Translations under genes and position numbers: made by a program
Shown: piece after piece, positions 45,594 to 56,038 of the stretch
Numbering within the stretch: position 1 is the first letter of the stretch
How the letters are laid out: every line of letters begins with the position of its first letter
NCBI GenBank assembly: GCA_018384365.1
Contig: JAHAYX010000001.1
Location: 180,294 to 244,293, forward strand
DNA from: Clostridiaceae bacterium
Lineage (GTDB): Bacteria; Bacillota; Clostridia; Oscillospirales; QAMX01
DNA: 64,000 bases
Reading direction: 5' to 3'
The notes under the pieces: generated by a model
Database searches by the model: none
Told to the model about the DNA's origin: nothing
What the model saw: only the letters and a program-made list of their open reading frames with translations

Positions 45594-48023
45594 ATGAACG
45601 AAACAATCACCACCATGCCCCTGCTTCCGCTTCGCGGTCTGGTGCTTTATCCGGATATGATTCTCCACTTCGACCTGGGGCGTGAACCGTCCATTCACGC
45701 GGCGGAATATGCCATGGGCAACAATGTGCCGGTATTTCTGGTGGCACAGCGCGATATCAAGGACGAAAACCCGGATATGGAGGCGCTTTACACCATTGGC
45801 ACCGTTGCACACGTGCGCCAGATCCTGCGTCTGCCCGGCAACGATGTCCGCATCCTGGTCGAGGGCGAGTGCCGCGCACGTCTGGTCTCCATTGTAGAGA
45901 CGGAGCCCTATAAAAAAGCCGAGGTGGAGCTGCTGGAAACCGTTCCTGCCCCCATCGGCAATGCACGCACAGAGGCGCTGTACCGCCGCCTGCAGGAGGC
46001 TTTTGAAGAATATTCCTCCCTCGCGCCGCGCATGACGCCGGAAGTCGTCATGAACGTGATGAGCGCGGAGGATCTGGGCTATCTCTCCGATTATATCGCC
46101 CAAAGCATCCAGCTTCGTTATCAGGTAAAGCAGCGCGTTCTGGAATTGATCGATCCCATGCGCCGCACCATGGAGGTCATCTCCCTCCTGGGTGAAGAAA
46201 TTGACATACTCTCGATCGGCCAGCGCATTGCGCAGAAGGTCAAAACGCAGATGGAGAAAAACCAGCGCGACTATTTCCTCCGCGAGCAGCTGCGCGCGAT
46301 CGAGGAAGAACTCGGCGAATATGACGAGGACGAAGAGGACGACAAATACCGCGAACGGATTCTGGACCTCCATCTTGAAAAATCCAGCGAGGAACATCTG
46401 TTGAAAGAGGCAAAGCGCCTCACCCACATGCAGCCGTCCTCGCCGGAGAGCAATGTGATCCATACCTATCTCGATACGGTGCTGGAACTCCCATGGAACA
46501 AGCGCGATCACGAGCGCACCGACCTGAAAGCCGCGCGCCGCATTCTGGACCGCGACCATTATGGCATGGAAAAGGTGAAGGAGCGGATTTTGGAGTTTAT
46601 GGCCGTGCGCAAGCTGAATCCCGAGCTGAAAGGGCAGATTATCTGCCTGATCGGCCCGCCCGGCGTCGGCAAAACCTCCGTCGGCGTTTCCATCGCCGCG
46701 GCGCTGGGCCGTAAGTATGCGCGCCTCTCCCTGGGCGGCGTGCGGGACGAGGCCGATATCCGCGGCCACCGCAAAACCTATATCGGTGCCATGCCCGGAC
46801 GCATCATGTCGGCGCTTGCACGCGCCGGCAGCTCCAATGCACTCCTGCTGCTCGATGAGGTGGACAAGCTCGGCTCCGATTACCGCGGAGATCCCTCCGC
46901 AGCATTGCTCGAGGTGCTCGATCCCGAGCAGAACCGCGCCTTCCGCGATCATTATATCGAAGTGCCTTTCGATTTGTCCGATGTGCTGTTCATCGTCACC
47001 GCGAATACGGCCAATACCATCCCGCGCCCCCTGCTTGACCGCATGGAGGTCATCGAAATGCCCGGCTATACGGACGAAGAGAAGCTGCACATTGCAAAAG
47101 GCCATCTTTTCCCGCGCCAGCTCGAGCGTCACGGCTTGAAAAAGACGCAGCTGCGGATTCAGGACGCCGCTTTTTCCGCCATTGCCGCGCTGTATACGCG
47201 CGAATCCGGTGTACGTCAGCTGGAGCGCGAGATTGCGAAAATCTGCCGCCATACGGCAAAGCTGGTCGCAGACGACCCCGACCGCAAGCGCACGACCGTC
47301 ACGCCTGCCAATCTGCAGGACTATCTCGGCGCGCCGGTGTTCCAGCCGGACTATGTGAATCAGGCCGACGAGTGCGGCGTAGTGAACGGTCTGGCCTGGA
47401 CCAGCGTGGGCGGCGAGATGCTGCAGGTCGAGGTGAACGTGGTCGAGGGCAGCGGAAAAGTAGAATTGACCGGTAATCTGGGCGATGTGATGAAGGAATC
47501 GGCTCATGCCGGGCTCTCCTACATCCGCAGCCGTGCCAAAATGCTTGGTATCGACCCGGAATTCTATAAAAAAACGGATGTGCACATCCATTTCCCGGAG
47601 GGGGCCATTCCCAAGGACGGCCCATCCGCCGGCATCACCATCACAACCGCGCTGGTATCGGCCCTGACCGGCCGGCCGGTCCGCCATGATGTCGCTATGA
47701 CCGGAGAAGTCACTCTGCGCGGCCGTGTTCTGCCGATCGGCGGCCTGCGGGAAAAGACGATGGCCGCTTTCCGTGCCGGTATGCACACTGTCATCATTCC
47801 GGAGGCCAACCGAAAGGATCTGGAGGACGTCGTCCCCGCCGTGCGCGAAGGACTGCATTTTGTCACGGCGTCCCATATGGACCGGGTGCTGGAAACTGCG
47901 CTCGTTCTTCCGTGTGCCGCAGCGGAAACCGCTTCCGCGTCGGAGGCTCCCCTTCCCACCCCGATTGACCCGCTGTCCGAGCCTTCCGCTGTACATACTT
48001 ACACCGATACCATGAGACATTGA
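45594..48023 (+). CDS. lon: Lon protease
   Basis: GPPGVGKT, PKDGPSAG and PIGGLREK motifs. Confidence 0.97.
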   Translation: MNETITTMPLLPLRGLVLYPDMILHFDLGREPSIHAAEYAMGNNVPVFLVAQRDIKDENPDMEALYTIGTVAHVRQILRLPGNDVRILVEGECRARLVSIVETEPYKKAEVELLETVPAPIGNARTEALYRRLQEAFEEYSSLAPRMTPEVVMNVMSAEDLGYLSDYIAQSIQLRYQVKQRVLELIDPMRRTMEVISLLGEEIDILSIGQRIAQKVKTQMEKNQRDYFLREQLRAIEEELGEYDEDEEDDKYRERILDLHLEKSSEEHLLKEAKRLTHMQPSSPESNVIHTYLDTVLELPWNKRDHERTDLKAARRILDRDHYGMEKVKERILEFMAVRKLNPELKGQIICLIGPPGVGKTSVGVSIAAALGRKYARLSLGGVRDEADIRGHRKTYIGAMPGRIMSALARAGSSNALLLLDEVDKLGSDYRGDPSAALLEVLDPEQNRAFRDHYIEVPFDLSDVLFIVTANTANTIPRPLLDRMEVIEMPGYTDEEKLHIAKGHLFPRQLERHGLKKTQLRIQDAAFSAIAALYTRESGVRQLEREIAKICRHTAKLVADDPDRKRTTVTPANLQDYLGAPVFQPDYVNQADECGVVNGLAWTSVGGEMLQVEVNVVEGSGKVELTGNLGDVMKESAHAGLSYIRSRAKMLGIDPEFYKKTDVHIHFPEGAIPKDGPSAGITITTALVSALTGRPVRHDVAMTGEVTLRGRVLPIGGLREKTMAAFRAGMHTVIIPEANRKDLEDVVPAVREGLHFVTASHMDRVLETALVLPCAAAETASASEAPLPTPIDPLSEPSAVHTYTDTMRH

Positions 48024-48033
48024 GGTCGATACT

Positions 48034-48621
48034 GTGATCAATCTTCAGAAAGCAGAATTTCTCCGCTCCGCTGCCGGTCTTTCCGGCCTTCCGAAGGACG
48101 GTCTCCCGCAGATCGTTTTTGCCGGGCGCTCCAATGTCGGCAAATCCTCCGTCATCAACTGCATCCTGGGCCGCAAGAACCTTGCCCGCACCAGTTCCAT
48201 GCCCGGAAAAACCGCCAATATCAACCTGTATGCGATTGATAAAAAGCTGTATTTCTCCGACCTCCCCGGCTATGGTTTTGCTCAGGTGAGCCAGCAGGAG
48301 CGCCAGCGCTGGGGCGAACTGATGGATCAATATTTTGCCGACTGCAAGGACATAGCGCTTGGCGTCCTTGTTGTGGATCTGCGCCATAAGCCAACGGCGG
48401 ACGACATCGCCATGGCAAACGTCTTCCGGCAGATCGGTCTGCCCTTTGTTGTCTGCGCGAACAAGGCCGACAAGCTGGGGAAAACCCAGGTTACGGACTG
48501 CGCTGCGCTTGTCCGGGAAACGCTGGGCATTTCGCCGGAGCAGCTGATCGTTTTCTCCGCCGTCAAAGGCACCGGGAAGCAGGAGTTTCTCTCCGAACTG
48601 TTCTCCCACGTCCGCGAATAA
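48034..48621 (+). CDS. engB: GTP-binding protein EngB/YsxC
   Basis: GRSNVGKSS, PGKT, DLPGYG and NKAD motifs. Confidence 0.96.
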   Translation: MINLQKAEFLRSAAGLSGLPKDGLPQIVFAGRSNVGKSSVINCILGRKNLARTSSMPGKTANINLYAIDKKLYFSDLPGYGFAQVSQQERQRWGELMDQYFADCKDIALGVLVVDLRHKPTADDIAMANVFRQIGLPFVVCANKADKLGKTQVTDCAALVRETLGISPEQLIVFSAVKGTGKQEFLSELFSHVRE

Positions 48622-48887
48622 GAACCGTATGCACGACATGCCGAAAAAGCCGCCTTCCCGCGGGTATCGGTCATGCCGTGCATTTGCATATAACAGACAT
48701 TTTTTTGCTCTAAACACCGGTTTTTGTGAAGAAAACGTCAGTTATGTCATCAAAACAGAGTGCTTTCAAAAATTATGTAGTTGTGTAGATTTCTGGTTTG
48801 TGCTATAATAATACTAAAAAAAGAGGTCTGCACCGGCAGCGCTTGCAAAACAGACAGGAAAACAAGGATCATATACGGAGGCTTTTT

Positions 48888-49844
48888 ATGGAATTACGCG
48901 AAATCAGAGAATTATGCGGAAAAGTCCGCGAGAACATCAACCGTGTCATCGTGGGCAAGGAAGAGGTAATTGATCATCTGCTGATCGCCATGGTTGCGGC
49001 AGGCCATGTCCTTTTGGAGGATGTGCCCGGCACCGGAAAAACCCTGCTGGCAAAATCGGCGGCCCGCTCCGTCGCCTGTGAGTTCAAGCGAATCCAGTTT
49101 ACGCCGGACCTGCTGCCTTCCGATCTGACCGGCATCAATTTTTACGAGCAGAAGTCCGGCGAATTCCGTTTCCGTCCCGGCGCAGTCTTTACCAACATCC
49201 TGCTGGGCGATGAGATCAACCGCGCCACGCCGCGTACCCAGTCGGCACTGCTCGAGTGTATGGAAGAGCGCCAGGTCACTATCGACGGTATTACCACGCC
49301 GCTTGCGGCGCCGTTTATGGTCATCGCCACGCAGAACCCTGTCGAAACGCAGGGCACCTTCCCGCTGCCGGAGGCACAGTTGGACCGTTTCCTGATCAAG
49401 ACGGACATGGGCTATCCGTCCACGGAGGACGGCGTTTGTATTCTCTCGCGTTTCCGCGCGGAGAACCCACTTGAATCCATCGAGCCGGTTGCCGCTGCCG
49501 CGGACATTATCGACGCACAGCGTTCTTACACAGCCGTGCACGTGGCGCAGAGTATGCTGGAATATATGGTGAAGATCGCGGAGGAAACCCGCCGCCATCC
49601 GGACATTCTCCTGGGCGTCAGCCCCCGCGGCACGCAGGCCCTGTTAAAGACTGTACAGGTGCACGCCATCCTTGCCGGCCGCGATTTTGTCACGCCGGAC
49701 GACGTGAAGGCAATGGTCACCCCGGTATTCGGCCACCGCATTATCCTGAATAACAGCGCACGCGTCAAAAAGGGCATGAATGTGGAGATTCTCCAGTCGA
49801 TTCTGGCGCGTGTGCCCGTCCCGACAGAAGATCTGGAACACTAA
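48888..49844 (+). CDS. MoxR family AAA+ ATPase
   Basis: EDVPGTGKT, RIQFTPDLLPSD, DEINRA and LPEAQLDRF motifs. Confidence 0.94.
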   Translation: MELREIRELCGKVRENINRVIVGKEEVIDHLLIAMVAAGHVLLEDVPGTGKTLLAKSAARSVACEFKRIQFTPDLLPSDLTGINFYEQKSGEFRFRPGAVFTNILLGDEINRATPRTQSALLECMEERQVTIDGITTPLAAPFMVIATQNPVETQGTFPLPEAQLDRFLIKTDMGYPSTEDGVCILSRFRAENPLESIEPVAAAADIIDAQRSYTAVHVAQSMLEYMVKIAEETRRHPDILLGVSPRGTQALLKTVQVHAILAGRDFVTPDDVKAMVTPVFGHRIILNNSARVKKGMNVEILQSILARVPVPTEDLEH

Positions 49845-49869
49845 ACGAAGCCGGAAAGGAGGCTGCTCC

Positions 49870-51018
49870 ATGTGGATCGTCACCCTTTTCTTCTCGCTGA
49901 TCCTCGTTGCCGTGCTTCAGATGTGGATTTTCTCCCGTTTTGGTTTCAAACGCCTGACCTACCGGCGCTGGTTTACGCCAAACGTCGTAAATGAAGGCGA
50001 TACAGTCACCATGAGCGAAACCATACGCAACGAAAAGCTGCTTCCGCTCCCGTGGGTACGCATCGAAGCAGGAATCAGCACAAACCTGGTTTTCGGCACA
50101 CAGCAAAATACCGCCGCGGCCTCCGACACGGCACAGGAGACGCTTCAGACCTCCTCTCAGGCCGGCGCGCGGCAATATCACCGCAGTATCTTCTCCCTTG
50201 GGCCCTATTCCACCGTTACACGGCGGCATAAGGTCACCTGCCCGCGCCGCGGTTATTACCACATCAAAAGCGTTGCGATCACGGCGGGCGATCTGCTGGG
50301 CCTGGGGAAAAACAGAACCCGCGAAATGGAAACGGATTCGCTTGTTGTCGTTTATCCGAAAACCATCCCGGTTTCGGACATTCTGAACGATAAGAGCAGC
50401 TTCACCGGCGACGTTGTCGTACGCCGCTGGATCGTTGAGGATCCGTTTATGATACGCGGCGTACGCGCCTACACCGGCGCGGAGCCCTATAACCGCATCA
50501 ACTGGAAAGCCACCGCAAAAACCGGCGAGCTTCAGGTGCACGACTTTGATTTTACTTCGGATATCCGGCTGATGATCGTCGTCAATATCGACGCCTCCGC
50601 CGAACAGTGGGGCGCGGCGCTGGACGAGGACCGCGCGGAACACGCGCTTTCGCTTGCGGCCTCGGTGGCGCAGTATGCCATTGAAAACGGCGTGGAAACC
50701 GGGTTTTCCACAAATGCCCGCATCCTGGACGATCAGGAAAGCATTGCGTATATCGAGCCGCGCTCGGGCGGTACGCAGATTACGGAAATTTTTGAAACCA
50801 TCGCAAAGCTCTCCCTCGCGCGCGTCATCAGCTTCGGCACGCTTTTGCAGAATCTTTCGGCACAGGCTTCCTCCAGTCTGGATCTGCTGCTCATCACGCC
50901 TTACACAGATGAACTCATCGACCGCCAGATCCAGGCAATCCGCGCTGCCGGCAGCCACGTAGAGCTTCTCTCGCCGGACGCCGTGTACAGTCCCGTTTCC
51001 GGGGAGGTGGCACAATGA
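49870..51018 (+). CDS. DUF58 domain protein
   Basis: N-terminal TM helix; RRGYY and GVRAYTGAEPYNRINWKATAKTG motifs; follows moxR. Confidence 0.88.
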   Translation: MWIVTLFFSLILVAVLQMWIFSRFGFKRLTYRRWFTPNVVNEGDTVTMSETIRNEKLLPLPWVRIEAGISTNLVFGTQQNTAAASDTAQETLQTSSQAGARQYHRSIFSLGPYSTVTRRHKVTCPRRGYYHIKSVAITAGDLLGLGKNRTREMETDSLVVVYPKTIPVSDILNDKSSFTGDVVVRRWIVEDPFMIRGVRAYTGAEPYNRINWKATAKTGELQVHDFDFTSDIRLMIVVNIDASAEQWGAALDEDRAEHALSLAASVAQYAIENGVETGFSTNARILDDQESIAYIEPRSGGTQITEIFETIAKLSLARVISFGTLLQNLSAQASSSLDLLLITPYTDELIDRQIQAIRAAGSHVELLSPDAVYSPVSGEVAQ

Positions 51019-52331
51019 AACACGCAGGCTTCACACTTCGCGCACTGCTGCACGTGCTGGCAGAATATCTTATGGTATTTCCGCTGCTCTTTCTCATCAG
51101 CGGTCTGATGCCCGGCAATATGCCGCTCATTTTTCTGCTCTCCGCGCTTGCCTTTGCCCTGTCCGGCGTTCTCACAAGGCGCTACATCCCCGTTGCGTGG
51201 CTGCAGCTGGCCATCGGCCTGCCGCTGTGCATCGGCGCCGCGCTTTGGCTGGGACTGACTTTCGGATCCCGCGCAGAGCCCGCCACCTATGCCATTCCGG
51301 CCATACTCGCGCCCTTTCTCTTTTACCGGGGCAAGCAGCACGGCCAGAATGACTGGAATGCCATCCTGCCGACCTATGCTCCCTGCGTCATTATGGTGTT
51401 CAATTTCCTTCTCATGGCGCTTGTCAACTATCTGGGCCGGTTTGCCCGCTTTGTCCCGGTCATCACGCCGATGGGCATCCTGTCTCTGATCGTTTCCTTC
51501 TATGCCATGAACTACATCAACCGCTGCAATCTGGCCGATCACCAGCGTGCCGCGCAAAATTCTTCCACAGCCGTGTCCCGCAGTCTGTCGCTGCAGAATT
51601 CCATTCTGACCGGCATCTTCATGGGACTGGGCGCACTGCTCTCCTGTATGCCGTGGCTGCTTACCGCCGCGCGCTATCTGCTGAAAGCGGCCGGACTTAT
51701 CCTGGGGCTGATCCTGGACCTGATTTTCTCGCTGGTTCCCCCGCTTACAAGCGGTTCCGGCGCCTCGTCCTCCTCGGATGGCTTTCTGCAGGGCGAGTCC
51801 AATCCGGGCTGGGACGGTTTCTTCAAGATTATCGCGAATATCTTCTTTGTGCTGATCGTTCTGGTTTTCGTTGTGCTGCTGTTTCTTGCCCTTCGCAAGG
51901 GACTTCGCCTTCTCAGCCAGCTGCTGCACAATATGCTCGAGCAAAAGGGCTATATCTCCGGCGACAGCGACAGCTTCGAGGATACGCACGAGTCCATCGT
52001 GAACCTTCGCGACCTGCCCCGCAAATACTATAACGATTTAAAAGACCGGCTCTCCTCGCTCCGCCGCGGCCAACGCTGGAGCGAGCTGACCACCGAAAGC
52101 GAGCGCATCCGGTACCTTTACCGTCACTCGCTGAAACGCGCCGAAAAAGTCGGCTACCGGCACGACACCGCCTATACGCCTCACGAAGCGCTCGGCGAAG
52201 CCGCGCAGGAGCTGCCGCAGATTCAGCCCGTCCAGTCGGATCTCGCCGCGCAATATGACGTGGTGCGTTATGCGGAGCGGGAACCGCAGCCCGGCGATGC
52301 CGAACGCATCCGCGAACAGTCCGGCCTGTAA
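51015..52331 (+). CDS. Multi-TM protein with DUF4129-like C-terminus
   Basis: About 9-10 TM helices; C-terminal IRYLY...TPHE...YDVVRY. Confidence 0.65.
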   Translation: MKHAGFTLRALLHVLAEYLMVFPLLFLISGLMPGNMPLIFLLSALAFALSGVLTRRYIPVAWLQLAIGLPLCIGAALWLGLTFGSRAEPATYAIPAILAPFLFYRGKQHGQNDWNAILPTYAPCVIMVFNFLLMALVNYLGRFARFVPVITPMGILSLIVSFYAMNYINRCNLADHQRAAQNSSTAVSRSLSLQNSILTGIFMGLGALLSCMPWLLTAARYLLKAAGLILGLILDLIFSLVPPLTSGSGASSSSDGFLQGESNPGWDGFFKIIANIFFVLIVLVFVVLLFLALRKGLRLLSQLLHNMLEQKGYISGDSDSFEDTHESIVNLRDLPRKYYNDLKDRLSSLRRGQRWSELTTESERIRYLYRHSLKRAEKVGYRHDTAYTPHEALGEAAQELPQIQPVQSDLAAQYDVVRYAEREPQPGDAERIREQSGL

Positions 52332-52343
52332 GCACCAAAAAAG

Positions 52344-52375
52344 AAAAAGCAGAGGAAGCAATTCCTCTGCTTTTT
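52344..52375. terminator. Bidirectional terminator
   Basis: AAAAAGCAGAGGAA-gcaa-TTCCTCTGCTTTTT. Confidence 0.88.
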
Positions 52376-52376
52376 G

Positions 52377-53642
52377 TCAGCGCTTTTTTCCGTCCCACGA
52401 GAGCAAAATCCGTTCCGCCTCGTCATTCCACAGGCCGCCGCCCGCCTCCACCGCACACGCCAGCGCCGCGAAAAGCGGATCATGTTCGCCCAGGCGCGCA
52501 AAATCGGCAATTGCCGTCAGCGGCAGGTCCGCGTGCGTATAAATCAGCTTCTTTCCGCCGGGAATTTCCGGCAGATGCAGCGTTGTCTCCGCCACGCAGG
52601 AAAGCCCGCCAATGTGCGTCACCATGGCAGCCGGCGTGATACGTCCCGCCGCCATCAAATCCAGCGATTCCCGCATATCCGCCGTATTGCCGCCGGAGGT
52701 TCCGACCACATGGTGCGCGCTGTAATGCACGTCAAAGAAGTTCACAGAAGCCGAAAATGCCGTGTCCGCCGGCCCGGAAAAGAAATTCAGGCAGCCGTCC
52801 TGCCCAAGCAGACGGTCCCCCAGCTCCACAAGCTCCCGCACCGGCGCAAATACGATCACATCATCAAAATGTCCGCCCGCCGTGCGAACCAAAGCCTCTG
52901 CCGGGTCGGCCATACCGCGCGTATTCACATAGTGGAGCGCCACACCCTGCCGTGCAGCCTCCTCCGGCGGATAAATCCGGCGTGCGCGGTCAAGACGTTC
53001 CCCGTCAATATCCGTCACCACTAAAACGGACGGACGGCGGCTGCCATGCAGCGCATAATCAATCGCGCCAAGCCCCATCGGACCTGCCGAAGCCAGCAGC
53101 GCCATGCGTCCGCCCTGCCGGATCCCCATTTCGTGCGTGTAGGAAAGCGGCCGCGTGTGATACATCGCATGGAAGGTTCCCACGATGCAGCTCATCGGCT
53201 CCGAAAGAGACCCGCCGAAGTAATTCCCGCCGCGATAGGGCAGCAGGCAGTCCTGCTCCATCACACAGGCAGGGATCACCACATATTCCGCGCTGCCGCC
53301 GATATACGGAAAAGAATACCCCGGCGTCAGGTACGGATCCTCCGGCAGATTCAGCGCCACCTGCACGGTAAAGCGCTCGCCCGGTGCATAGCGATCCTGC
53401 CAACGCCTGCCGATTTTCAACAATTCGCCGCAGAATTCATGCCCGATCATGGTCGGATGCTCTGCCACATCATCCGGCACCCGTTTGTGCGCCGCGCCCA
53501 GCACGCAGGCCTTGTACGACGACATACAAATGGAGTCCGTCACAATTTTCGCAAGAATTTCATCCTCCCGAATCTCCGGAAGTTCCACCTCCTCCAGCCG
53601 TAAATCCGCCACGCCATGCAATCTCACTGCCCTGGTACGCAA
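52377..53642 (-). CDS. Zn-dependent MDR dehydrogenase, L-sorbose-1-phosphate reductase-like
   Basis: DSICMSSYK, GHEF, EPMSC, GPMG, GTSGG and PGGKKLIY motifs. Confidence 0.85.
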   Translation of the reverse strand: MRTRAVRLHGVADLRLEEVELPEIREDEILAKIVTDSICMSSYKACVLGAAHKRVPDDVAEHPTMIGHEFCGELLKIGRRWQDRYAPGERFTVQVALNLPEDPYLTPGYSFPYIGGSAEYVVIPACVMEQDCLLPYRGGNYFGGSLSEPMSCIVGTFHAMYHTRPLSYTHEMGIRQGGRMALLASAGPMGLGAIDYALHGSRRPSVLVVTDIDGERLDRARRIYPPEEAARQGVALHYVNTRGMADPAEALVRTAGGHFDDVIVFAPVRELVELGDRLLGQDGCLNFFSGPADTAFSASVNFFDVHYSAHHVVGTSGGNTADMRESLDLMAAGRITPAAMVTHIGGLSCVAETTLHLPEIPGGKKLIYTHADLPLTAIADFARLGEHDPLFAALACAVEAGGGLWNDEAERILLSWDGKKR

Positions 53643-53675
53643 AACGCTCGCCTCCGCATCGCCTTAATTGCTCCG

Positions 53676-53704
53676 ATTATACTCCCGTTTCCGCAGAAAA
53701 GCAA
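53676..53704 (-). promoter_or_regulatory. sigmaA promoter of the dehydrogenase gene
   Basis: TTGCTT-17bp-TATAAT. Confidence 0.65.
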
Positions 53705-53805
53705 AACGTTTTTGAATTTTCATCCGGAATACTGTCAAAGCGCCGCCGGGTTGTGCTATAATATACGGGAACTCTTCAAAATCACTCCGGAAATCAGGTG
53801 ACAGC

Positions 53806-54678
53806 ATGATCAAAAATTTCCTTGTCAATGTCTTAAAGGGGCTCTGCTATCTGGCGCTTTATCTTGCCTCGCAGAGCATCGCTTCCTATCTGGTTGTGTT
53901 TGTCACAGCCCTTGTCATGACCCTGCAAAACCCCGCCCTGCTTGAAACCGAGACCGGCATGAACACCCTGATCGGCAATGTTTATGACGCCGCCCTCTCC
54001 AATTCCTCGCTCATCCTGATTCTTGCCTCCGCAATTCTGCTGCTGATCCTGATTGTCTTTTTCCGGGCACGCGGCAAACGGCTCACGCAGGAAACCTGGC
54101 TGCTGCCGGTTCACATCCGTTCTCTGTGGCCCGCCGCACTGGCAGGTGCAGCGTTGGCGCTTGTCGTCTGCTATGGCATCAGCTGGATTCCCTGGCCGGA
54201 GAGCTTCCTTACCTCCTATGAGGAGCTTTACGCCGTGTCAAACGACGACAGTATCCTCTGCCTGATCGCGACCGTGCTGGTCGCACCGGTCATTGAGGAG
54301 CTCGTTTTCCGCGGTCTGGTGTTCACGCGCTTCTGCCGTGCCATGCCCGCGCCCGCTGCATTGATTCTCGCTGCAACGATATTCGGCGCCATGCACGGCA
54401 CACTTCTGTGGGCCTCGTATGGCTTCATCGGCGGCGTTGCCATGACGCTCGTTTATATGAAATACCGCTCGCTGTATGCCCCCATGCTGCTTCACAGCGT
54501 TTTCAACATTGTCGGCGGCTATCTGATTGCGTATCTGGTCTTTCCGTCCGCGATTTACGACGTCGCGCTGTTCGGACTGGCCCTTGCCGTGCTGGCCGCG
54601 CTTGCCCTTTATATGTACCGGATGCCGCGCGCCAAAATCGACCGTGTACCGCGCGGATACCCGTCACAATCCCTGTAA
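53806..54678 (+). CDS. CPBP family intramembrane metalloprotease (intact motifs)
   Basis: EELVFRG, FGAMH and HSVFN motifs. Confidence 0.9.
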   Translation: MIKNFLVNVLKGLCYLALYLASQSIASYLVVFVTALVMTLQNPALLETETGMNTLIGNVYDAALSNSSLILILASAILLLILIVFFRARGKRLTQETWLLPVHIRSLWPAALAGAALALVVCYGISWIPWPESFLTSYEELYAVSNDDSILCLIATVLVAPVIEELVFRGLVFTRFCRAMPAPAALILAATIFGAMHGTLLWASYGFIGGVAMTLVYMKYRSLYAPMLLHSVFNIVGGYLIAYLVFPSAIYDVALFGLALAVLAALALYMYRMPRAKIDRVPRGYPSQSL

Positions 54679-54731
54679 AACTGCTTTCCCCGCTCCCCGG
54701 CGGCCTATAACCATCGTTTTTCGGAGGCACT

Positions 54732-55952
54732 ATGCAAAAAATTGAACTGCTCGCGCCCGCAGGTGATCTGGAATGTCTGGAAACGGCGCTCTATTTCGGT
54801 GCGGACGCCGTTTATCTCGGCGGGCCGAAGCTGCAGCTGCGCGCCGCAAACGTGGGATTCACCATGGAAGCGCTCGCGCGCGCCGTTGAAACGGCGCATC
54901 GCGCCGGCCGCAAGCTGTATGTCACCGTGAACTCCTTTGCAACCAACGCAGAAATCGCGGAGGTCGGCGCCTATGCGCAGGAACTGGACGCGCTTGGCGT
55001 GGATGCTGCCATTGTGTCCGATATCGGCGTGATTGCCGAAATGAAGAAAGCCGCGCCGTCGCTTCCCATCCATGTCAGCACGCAGGCAAACTGCGGCAAT
55101 TACGCTGCCGCACAGGTGTACCGCGCGCTCGGCGCCTCCCGCATTGTCCTCGCGCGCGAAATGACGCTTGACGCCATCGCCCAGCTGCGCGCCCGTGTGC
55201 CGGAAGATGTGGAGCTGGAGGCTTTTGTCCACGGCGCCATGTGTATGTCCTATTCCGGCCGTTGCATGATCAGCGCCTATCTCACGGGACGCGGCGCCAA
55301 CCGCGGTGCCTGTGCCCAGCCCTGCCGTTGGCGTTATGCGCTTGTGGAAGAAACACGCCCCGGCGAATATTTCCCCGTTTTCGAGGACGAACGCGGCACC
55401 GCCATCCTCAGCTCGCGCGATCTGTGTGCCGTATCGTTTCTGGACCGGCTGGCAGAGGCCGGCGTCTCCTCCTTCAAGATCGAAGGGCGCATGAAGTCGC
55501 CCTATTACGTCGCAACGGTTGTGAATGTCTACCGCCGTGCGTTGGATGCGCTCTCCCGCGGCGAAGCGCCGGATATTCCCGCACTGATGCGCGAACTGGG
55601 CGCCGCCAGCCACCGAACCTTCTCGCGCGGCTTCTACTTCGGCGAGATCCCCACGGAATCCGCCGCCGGCGACGGCTATGTGCAGGACTGCACCTTTGCG
55701 GGCGTCGTTCGTGCGGCCGAGCCCGGACGCATTACCTTTGAACAGCGCAACCGCATTCGCGCCGGCGACCGGCTTGAGGTTCTCTCGCCCTCCCTCACGG
55801 ATGCCGCCTTTACGGTCGGTTCCATGACCGACCCCTCGGGTGCGGAAACGGATGACGCGCGTCTGCCTGCCGCCCTTTACAGCACAGCTTGCCCGCTCGC
55901 GCTTGCCCCCGGCGATATTCTGCGGATCCGCCGTCCGGAAAAACGGCCGTAA
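54732..55952 (+). CDS. U32 family protein (TrhP-like tRNA hydroxylation)
   Basis: ELLAPAG, HGAMCMSYSGRC, NRGACAQPCR and KIEGRMKS motifs. Confidence 0.9.
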   Translation: MQKIELLAPAGDLECLETALYFGADAVYLGGPKLQLRAANVGFTMEALARAVETAHRAGRKLYVTVNSFATNAEIAEVGAYAQELDALGVDAAIVSDIGVIAEMKKAAPSLPIHVSTQANCGNYAAAQVYRALGASRIVLAREMTLDAIAQLRARVPEDVELEAFVHGAMCMSYSGRCMISAYLTGRGANRGACAQPCRWRYALVEETRPGEYFPVFEDERGTAILSSRDLCAVSFLDRLAEAGVSSFKIEGRMKSPYYVATVVNVYRRALDALSRGEAPDIPALMRELGAASHRTFSRGFYFGEIPTESAAGDGYVQDCTFAGVVRAAEPGRITFEQRNRIRAGDRLEVLSPSLTDAAFTVGSMTDPSGAETDDARLPAALYSTACPLALAPGDILRIRRPEKRP

Positions 55953-55986
55953 GCGGCGAATCTCCGGTGATTTGCGAAAATGATGC

Positions 55987-56037
55987 AAAAATGTCCCGCA
56001 TGACAGGGTTTTTCCCTTGCCATGCGGGATTTTTCTC
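55987..56037. terminator. Bidirectional terminator
   Basis: TCCCGCATG...CATGCGGGA flanked by A and T runs. Confidence 0.7.
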
Positions 56038-56038
56038 A

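Noticed and set aside
45561-48041. 826-aa antisense ORF over lon, and similar ORFs at 36094-37959, 39471-41795, 41305-43455 and 57898-59736
   Set aside because: These are antisense shadows of conserved genes with no recognisable domains.
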